Shown piece after piece: positions 26,553-32,000 of a stretch of DNA of 32,000 bases. This stretch comes from Zestosphaera tikiterensis (GTDB lineage Archaea; Thermoproteota; Thermoprotei_A; Sulfolobales; NBVN01): positions 420,001 through 452,000 of the forward strand of contig NBVN01000002.1 of the NCBI GenBank assembly GCA_003056265.1, given 5' to 3'. Both the position numbers and the translations under genes were made by a program. Numbering within the stretch: position 1 is the first letter of the stretch; each line of letters opens with the position of its first letter. Under the pieces are notes generated by a model. It had not been told where the DNA came from. It did no database searches and saw nothing but the letters and a program-made list of their open reading frames with translations.

Positions 26553-27573
26553 TGTCAATGAGACCTTACTGACGAGATTATGTGGGTTAGTAAGTAAGAA
26601 GGTATTAGTTAAGGAGAGGACTTTAATCGTTAGAGCCCCAGCTTCTATAGCTAATTTAGGTCCTGGTTTCGATGTGTTGGCGGTAGCTCTTGAAGAACCT
26701 GAAGACCTAATAGAATTTAAAGTATGTGAAGGTGGTGGGAACGTTGAAGTCTTGGCTGAAGGTTATTCGATTCCATCAGGGGAAAGGAATTTAGCTTACG
26801 CCGTAGTTAAAACGTTTTTGAGTGTATGTGACTTAAATAACCTAGACTTCAGCATACGAATACGTAAGGGGGTACCCCCATCCTCAGGTTTAGGTAGTTC
26901 AGGAGCTTCAGCCAGTGGTGTAGCGTACGCTCTTTTAAAAGCTTTAAACGTAAACTTCAGCTTAAATGATGTTATATACCTGGCCGGGGTTGGTGAGGCG
27001 TTTGTAGCCGGCGAGCCTCACTACGATAACGTAGCCGCTAGCACTTTAGGGGGTTTCGTATTGGTTGACGTTAACTCTTTAAACTTCTATAGAATCCCTA
27101 CTGACTTACGTCCTTGGATTGCTGTAGTAACCCCGAAGACTTTCTTAAACGTTGAATATAAGACAAAATACGCTAGAAGCGTCTTACCGAAGGACATACC
27201 TTTAAAGGAGTTGATTAAGCAGACATCGAGCTTAGCTAAGCTAATCTACGCGTTAACTACAAACGATTTAAGAAAGCTTGGTGAGGCTATATCATCAGAT
27301 TATATAGTTGAACCCCATAGATCTAGGTTAATACCCTACTATAATGAAATAAAAGAACTGAGCATTAGATTCGGTGCCTTAGGTTTAAACATAGCTGGTG
27401 CCGGTCCATCGGTTTTCATGTTATGCGAGGATCGTGAAATCGCTTCCTCAATAAGCAAGCGTGTTAAAGACTACCTAATGTCTAAAGGTGTGCCCACCTA
27501 CAGCTTAGTTACTAAAGTTTCAAAAGACGGTGTGAGAGTGAAGGCCTCACTCAAAACACGCCTTGAAAGTTGA
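26527..27573 (+). CDS. thrB: Homoserine kinase (GHMP family)
   Basis: APASIANLGPGFD and GHMP motif PPSSGLGSSGASA. Start ambiguous: TTG 26527 or ATG 26539. Confidence 0.85.
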   Translation: MVILMLGVNVNETLLTRLCGLVSKKVLVKERTLIVRAPASIANLGPGFDVLAVALEEPEDLIEFKVCEGGGNVEVLAEGYSIPSGERNLAYAVVKTFLSVCDLNNLDFSIRIRKGVPPSSGLGSSGASASGVAYALLKALNVNFSLNDVIYLAGVGEAFVAGEPHYDNVAASTLGGFVLVDVNSLNFYRIPTDLRPWIAVVTPKTFLNVEYKTKYARSVLPKDIPLKELIKQTSSLAKLIYALTTNDLRKLGEAISSDYIVEPHRSRLIPYYNEIKELSIRFGALGLNIAGAGPSVFMLCEDREIASSISKRVKDYLMSKGVPTYSLVTKVSKDGVRVKASLKTRLES

Positions 27574-27664
27574 TGAAACATTAGCTAGCGTTTAAGGATG
27601 ATGAACATACAGAGACGTCATAAGTTATATATCTTCCTCTTTCTAATTAACTTAGGTCATAAAA

Positions 27665-28687
27665 ATGAAGGGTTTAAGGCTTCACATGAATGAGTCTCCC
27701 TACCCTCCGTCAAGTAAGTCTATAGAATATCTACTTAAATATGCTTATGAAGTTAATAAATACTACGTGGATGAATTACAGCAGGAGTTAATGAATGAAT
27801 TAAGTAAGTATGTAGGTGAAGACGTCTCCAATATAGATATCTTAGCGGGGTCTTCGGAAGGGCTGATTTTAATGCTTACATACGCTAAGGTTAGGAATAA
27901 GAGATTAGTAGCTACGCATCCTACGTTCCATATAATGTATAGGCTAGTTGAGGAATTCGAAATACCTTTAAAGTTGATTGAATTAACAGACGACGGGTTT
28001 AAGCTAGAATATGAGGAATTGATTAGAAGTTCTGAAGATAGTGTAGTATACTTAATAAACCCTAATAACCCTACTTCAAACATCCTCATTGAGGATCCAG
28101 ACATTCTAAGGAAGGTAGCTAAGAAAGCTTACGCGTTATTTATTGACGAAGCGTATTACGAATTCTCTCAAAAAACCTTTAAAGAACTTATTCACGAACA
28201 TGAGAACGTAGCCATACTTAGAACTATGTCTAAAGCTTTTAGCTTAGCTGGTGCTAGATTTGGGTATATGTTAGCAAGCGTTAACTTTAAGAAGGAATTA
28301 AATAAACTGAAAGCTGGGTTTAACGTACCTGTTACGACTCAAGCGATGGCTTTAGGAGCTCTTAAAGATTTAAGCTACGCACTAGATAACGTACGTAAGA
28401 TCATAAACACAAGAGAAGAGCTTAGGAAGAGTTTAAGAAGCGTAGGTTTAAAAACCATTGAAAGCCACACCAACTTTGTCTTAATAGATGTCGGCATTCC
28501 ATGTGGTAAAGTTTCTGAAGGGCTTAAAAGTTTAGGTATTTACGTAGTATGTTTTGAAAAGATAGATCCTCTAAAGGATAAACTTTCCAAATATATTAGA
28601 GTGACTGTAGGAAAGCCTGAAGAGATGATGGAATTTACGCAAAACCTAATTAAAACGATTGAAAGCGTTAATCCAACTAAGCAATAG
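27665..28687 (+). CDS. Class I/II PLP-dependent aminotransferase, HisC family (histidinol-phosphate aminotransferase-like)
   Basis: NPNNPTS and the PLP-lysine motif SKAFSLAGARFGY. The substrate cannot be deduced from the sequence. Confidence 0.75.
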   Translation: MKGLRLHMNESPYPPSSKSIEYLLKYAYEVNKYYVDELQQELMNELSKYVGEDVSNIDILAGSSEGLILMLTYAKVRNKRLVATHPTFHIMYRLVEEFEIPLKLIELTDDGFKLEYEELIRSSEDSVVYLINPNNPTSNILIEDPDILRKVAKKAYALFIDEAYYEFSQKTFKELIHEHENVAILRTMSKAFSLAGARFGYMLASVNFKKELNKLKAGFNVPVTTQAMALGALKDLSYALDNVRKIINTREELRKSLRSVGLKTIESHTNFVLIDVGIPCGKVSEGLKSLGIYVVCFEKIDPLKDKLSKYIRVTVGKPEEMMEFTQNLIKTIESVNPTKQ

Positions 28688-28707
28688 ATTTCCAGAGGGT
28701 TTTTAAG

Positions 28708-29208
28708 GTGGAGATCCTGCTTAAACCCATAGGTGTGATTCACACATCCAAATCAGATGATGAAATTAGGGATGCGATTAAAGGAGTTGAAGGCGTTGTT
28801 GAGGTTTTTCAGGAATTTAGTGAAGGTTTAGAAGGTATTGACGGGTTTTCCCACATCATACTTATAGCCTACCTTCATAAAGTGAGTAAATTAAGTGGAA
28901 CGCTTAAGATACGCCCTAGAAAGTGGCTGAGGTTAGGTATAGATCTAAAGGAAGTACCTGAAGTAGGTGTTTTCGCTAGTGACTCACCTGTAAGACCTAA
29001 TCCTATAGCGTTAACCATAGTTAAGCTTAAAAAACGTGAGGGAAGGTTTCTCTACGTCGAAGGCTTGGACTTATTTAACGGTACCCCAGTTTTAGACATA
29101 AAGCCTTACACACCAAGCAGGCAAGTTAGAGACATAACCTTGCCTGAATGGTATAGAGCTCTCTTAGACCGCATTAAGAGTGTTTTCCCTCAGGTGGAGG
29201 AGCTTTAG
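28708..29208 (+). CDS. TrmO/TsaA-like (YaeB, UPF0066) SAM-dependent methyltransferase family protein
   Basis: FSHIILIAYLH, RPNPIALTIVKL, NGTPVLDIKPY. Confidence 0.8.
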   Translation: MEILLKPIGVIHTSKSDDEIRDAIKGVEGVVEVFQEFSEGLEGIDGFSHIILIAYLHKVSKLSGTLKIRPRKWLRLGIDLKEVPEVGVFASDSPVRPNPIALTIVKLKKREGRFLYVEGLDLFNGTPVLDIKPYTPSRQVRDITLPEWYRALLDRIKSVFPQVEEL

Positions 29209-29236
29209 AATTAAGCTAGTTTCTCTTAAAGAAAAG

Positions 29237-29244
29237 TTTATAAA
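29237..29244 (+). promoter_or_regulatory. TATA-box-like element for the orphan gene at 29266
   Basis: TTTATAAA preceded by AAAG. GTG start 29 nt downstream, which suggests a leaderless or near-leaderless transcript. Confidence 0.45.
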
Positions 29245-29265
29245 CTCTGAAGCCCCGCGTTTATT

Positions 29266-29838
29266 GTGAGATTGGTGAAGAGCGCTACCGATTTGCATAT
29301 AGTTGAGTATTTAAAACATCTAGAAGATAAACGTAAGGCTTTAGACGAGTTTTTAAATAATCCCAGCAGAGATACGTTGAAGAAGGTATTTGAAAGTTTT
29401 TGGTCTTTTGAAGCTATAGTAAATAAGGACATGTTCTTAAACAGAGTTCTTAAAAAGCGGGTTAAACCTGCTTCAATAGCTCAACGCCTTAAGTACCTTA
29501 TAGATGAGTCAAAACCTCTTGAGGAGAGACTTACCGTTAAAATTCACGGATTCGGCACTAGAGCTAAAACCGAGGTTTTAAACACAGTCCACCCAGATAG
29601 ATACCCAATCTTAAACAAAAGGACGTTATACGTATTAAGTAAAGTTTTCAACGTGTCTAAAGAATATACGATAAAAGAGTATGTTGAGTTTACAAAGATG
29701 TGTGAAGTTCTAGCCGAAGGGTTTTCCTATATTAGGGAGGATTATGAAAGATTGATAAGCCGGGAAATACCTAAGTATGCGTTTCTAGACTTCATGCTCA
29801 ACAGCCTCTACGAGCGTATAAAAACTAAAGCAGTTTAA
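29266..29838 (+). CDS. Hypothetical protein with helix-hairpin-helix-like motif
   Basis: 190 aa. IHGFGTRAKTEVLNTVHPDRYPILNKRT resembles the HhH G-[IVF]-G...T...L motif of EndoIII-type and related nucleic-acid-binding domains. No catalytic residues can be asserted. Confidence 0.4.
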   Translation: MRLVKSATDLHIVEYLKHLEDKRKALDEFLNNPSRDTLKKVFESFWSFEAIVNKDMFLNRVLKKRVKPASIAQRLKYLIDESKPLEERLTVKIHGFGTRAKTEVLNTVHPDRYPILNKRTLYVLSKVFNVSKEYTIKEYVEFTKMCEVLAEGFSYIREDYERLISREIPKYAFLDFMLNSLYERIKTKAV

Positions 29839-29847
29839 AACAACTTT

Positions 29848-30459
29848 TTAAACTTTAAACTTCTTCTCCTTAACACGTGTCTCACCGCGTAAAAACCAAC
29901 CTACGTCGAAAACGTTCGTGGCAACTACGTCATTGGGGTTTAACTTAAGCACTTCATTACAGTCGCTTACTTTAGATAAAGCTACGCCATATACGTAACC
30001 GTCGTTACCTATAACTCCTATAACGTCTCCGTTATTTAATGGGGGGAAGCACTCCGTAACAGAGGCTTTAAGTACGTCCTTACCGTACAGGAAGGGTTTA
30101 AGGCCTTCGTCTCGAATCTTCACGGCTTTAAAATACTCGCGTTTCAACTCGTAGATTAAAGTAAGGAAATCTACTGAAGGGATGATATAAGGTTTACTCT
30201 TCCTTAATCTACCTACGTATATACCTGCTGAATATGGAAATCTATTGTTGGCTAGTATAGCTTCTATTACGTGCTTTAATTCCTCATTTATTAAGTAAGC
30301 CTCAACGAACTCACCTTCGCAAATCATCACGGTATGTTTCGGTAATACCTCGGAAGCTACGAGTATCTCTAAAGCGTTGAAAGTCTTCTTCAGCAGTTCA
30401 TCATATGTGGTGAAGTAACACTTTATTTCTTTAGCTACTTTATCTTCTCTAATAGACAT
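29848..30459 (-). CDS. NIP7-like PUA-domain protein
   Basis: C-terminal PUA-like GDVIGVIGNDGYVYGVALSK and FDVGWFLRGE (compare the Nip7 D-x-G-E-Y-L-R-x-E tail). It overlaps the 3' end of the upstream NOP2/Sun gene by 25 nt. Confidence 0.6.
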   Translation of the reverse strand: MSIREDKVAKEIKCYFTTYDELLKKTFNALEILVASEVLPKHTVMICEGEFVEAYLINEELKHVIEAILANNRFPYSAGIYVGRLRKSKPYIIPSVDFLTLIYELKREYFKAVKIRDEGLKPFLYGKDVLKASVTECFPPLNNGDVIGVIGNDGYVYGVALSKVSDCNEVLKLNPNDVVATNVFDVGWFLRGETRVKEKKFKV

Positions 30460-31481
30460 AGGAAGAAACCCTCCATCTCATGTATGTGGGGATATATCCT
30501 ACCGCAACGACTTACGTCTTTAGGTAGGTTTAACCCGAAATACTCAGTAAAGCCTTGCGAGAGTTCTATGGGTGTGTTGGTTAACGTACTTACTTGAACG
30601 TCATCTCTTTTGGCGAGGATCTTAGCTATGACGAGCTCGTTTTCTTCAGGTGCTATTGAACATGTTGTGTAGAGGATATATCCTCCAACATTTAGCGTTT
30701 CTATAGCAGAGTTTAGGAAATCCACTTGACTCTCATGCCACTTCATCAAGTCCTCAAACGAAGTCTTAATTTTCCTCTCCGGGTCAATCATTATAAGTCC
30801 TTCACCGGTACATGGGGCGTCCAACAACACTTTATTGAAATAACCCTTTAGAAAGTACTTCACCGCTCTTCCATCAACCCGCATTAAAACAGTGTTTCTA
30901 ACGCCCATTCTCTCAATGTTATTTCTTAAAGCTCTCATCCTCTCCCTACCCACTTCAGTCGCTAAAATCACTCCTTTGTTATTCATTAACTGAGCTAAGT
31001 GCGTGGTCTTACCTCCTGGTGCGGCTGCTAAATCAGCAACTTTATCGTTTTGCTGGGGGTTTAAAATAAGCGGCGGTATTAAAGAGGCCTTACCTCTATA
31101 TAGGTAGTACATACCTAAGAGGAATTCATGCGTGGATCCTAAGGTAGGGCTTCGAACCTCATCCACGACTTCGTAAGCAAGGTTCCAGAAATCTACTTCC
31201 TTTAACTTAAAGCCTAACTTCTCGAGTCTTTCGACGAGGTGTCTACAGTCCTTAACTTTTAACGTATTACATCTGATGCTGTGTTTTAACCTTCTCTCGA
31301 AAGCGTTGAGGAGTTCTTTAACTTCATCCCAAGATCCCAGCATCTCATAATATCTTGCTATCATATACTCTCTATAACCATATTTGCTAGCTAAGACCTT
31401 AACTTCTTCAGATTTCCTTAGTCGTTCACGAATCCAACTTTTTATATCTTCAACTTCGCTTATGTCTATCGTCCTAAACAC
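30435..31481 (-). CDS. NOL1/NOP2/Sun-family RNA (cytosine-C5)-methyltransferase (Nop2/aTrm4-like)
   Basis: DLAAAPGGKTTHLA (motif I), DAPCTGEG (motif IV), YTTCS (motif VI). Confidence 0.85.
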   Translation of the reverse strand: MFRTIDISEVEDIKSWIRERLRKSEEVKVLASKYGYREYMIARYYEMLGSWDEVKELLNAFERRLKHSIRCNTLKVKDCRHLVERLEKLGFKLKEVDFWNLAYEVVDEVRSPTLGSTHEFLLGMYYLYRGKASLIPPLILNPQQNDKVADLAAAPGGKTTHLAQLMNNKGVILATEVGRERMRALRNNIERMGVRNTVLMRVDGRAVKYFLKGYFNKVLLDAPCTGEGLIMIDPERKIKTSFEDLMKWHESQVDFLNSAIETLNVGGYILYTTCSIAPEENELVIAKILAKRDDVQVSTLTNTPIELSQGFTEYFGLNLPKDVSRCGRIYPHIHEMEGFFLCLLEKIK

Positions 31482-31528
31482 CTAAAATATGGTTTTCCAA
31501 ACATAGTTAAATTTGATGGGGTGTTAAT

Positions 31529-31828
31529 ATGAGTACACGAAAGTTTGTGAGGGCGCGTATTAAGATTTACGGACTTGTTCAAGGGGTTTTCTTTAGGTCT
31601 ACGATGAGGGATAAGGCATTGGCTTTAGGCGTTAATGGTTGGGTTAGAAATGCGCCAGATGGAACTGTTGAGGCTGTTTTAGAAGGCCCTGAGGAAGCGG
31701 TTTTGAAAATCGTGAAATGGGCGCATAGAGGCCCTCCAGCAGCGGTTGTAGAGAGAGTTGATGTTATATGGGAGGAATATAAAGGCGAGTTTAAAACCTT
31801 CAGGATTATTAGGGATTATGAACTCTAA
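31529..31828 (+). CDS. acyP: Acylphosphatase
   Basis: 99 aa with [10 protein letters not shown] and [17 protein letters not shown] signatures. Confidence 0.9.
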   Translation: MSTRKFVRARIKIYGLVQGVFFRSTMRDKALALGVNGWVRNAPDGTVEAVLEGPEEAVLKIVKWAHRGPPAAVVERVDVIWEEYKGEFKTFRIIRDYEL

Positions 31829-31935
31829 CCTTTCCATGTTAGGGCCAGGTGAAGAATCCTATGAGATTCTGAAACGAGATTATCTACGTAGGATGACATA
31901 TAAGGTGTCTCACGAAGGTATAAGGGTGAGGTAGT

Positions 31936-32000
31936 TTGGTTAAGCTTGCTCCTGAAATCCTCAGCAAGTACGTATTGAGTAAGTTCGTTAGTAACGACCC
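31936..32000 (+). CDS. Possible 5' end of a CDS running off the window
   Basis: The frame from TTG 31936 reads LVKLAPEILSKYVLSKFVSNDP with no stop to the window edge. It faintly resembles N-termini of AIR-synthase-related/HypE-like proteins. Too short to assign. Confidence 0.2.
   Translation, partial: MVKLAPEILSKYVLSKFVSND

Noticed and set aside
27763-28104. 113-aa minus-strand ORF
   Set aside because: It is antisense within the HisC-family aminotransferase gene. It has Ser/Asn-rich low complexity.
1-32000. CRISPR arrays, IS elements, integrases, toxin-antitoxin or other defence modules
   Set aside because: I found no periodic direct repeats, no transposase- or integrase-like ORFs, and no small paired ORFs with PIN/RHH-type motifs. 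The window reads as core genome.

Overview
AT-rich, gene-dense archaeal chromosomal segment. It is most consistent with a thermophilic crenarchaeon (Thermoproteota); this lineage call is an inference from gene content and composition. The content is mostly core housekeeping. It holds separate but overlapping kae1 and bud32 (KEOPS) followed by a HAM1/ITPase gene. It holds ribosomal proteins uS15, eS1 (S3Ae) and eL15, and RNase P protein subunits Rpp30 and Pop5 in the conserved L15e-COG1325-Rpp30-Pop5 order. There are two NOL1/NOP2/Sun RNA m5C methyltransferases, one paired with a NIP7-like PUA protein, and an OBG-family GTPase. A five-gene Dpp/Opp-type peptide ABC transporter is flanked by an amidohydrolase and an M42 aminopeptidase. 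A thrC-aspartokinase-asd-thrB cluster is followed by a HisC-family aminotransferase and a TrmO-like protein. I see no rRNA, no convincing tRNA, no CRISPR array and no intact transposase or integrase. I cannot support a clear novel multi-gene system here. Several things are not explained by the ordinary genes: (1) a 1.1-kb ORF-poor, compositionally patchy island at 4338-5450 that holds a GC-rich foldable segment and a decayed-looking minus-strand reading frame; (2) two GGGCCC-clamped hairpins/palindromes at 12751-12900 in a divergent promoter region; (3) a UPF0145/YbjQ gene at 22402-22738 broken by a 1-nt frameshift and therefore missing from the ORF track; (4) start-codon anomalies in the second permease, Pop5 and several overlapping genes; (5) an orphan leaderless 190-aa protein with a helix-hairpin-helix-like motif. 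ORF-track entries lying antisense inside the large genes are treated as spurious.
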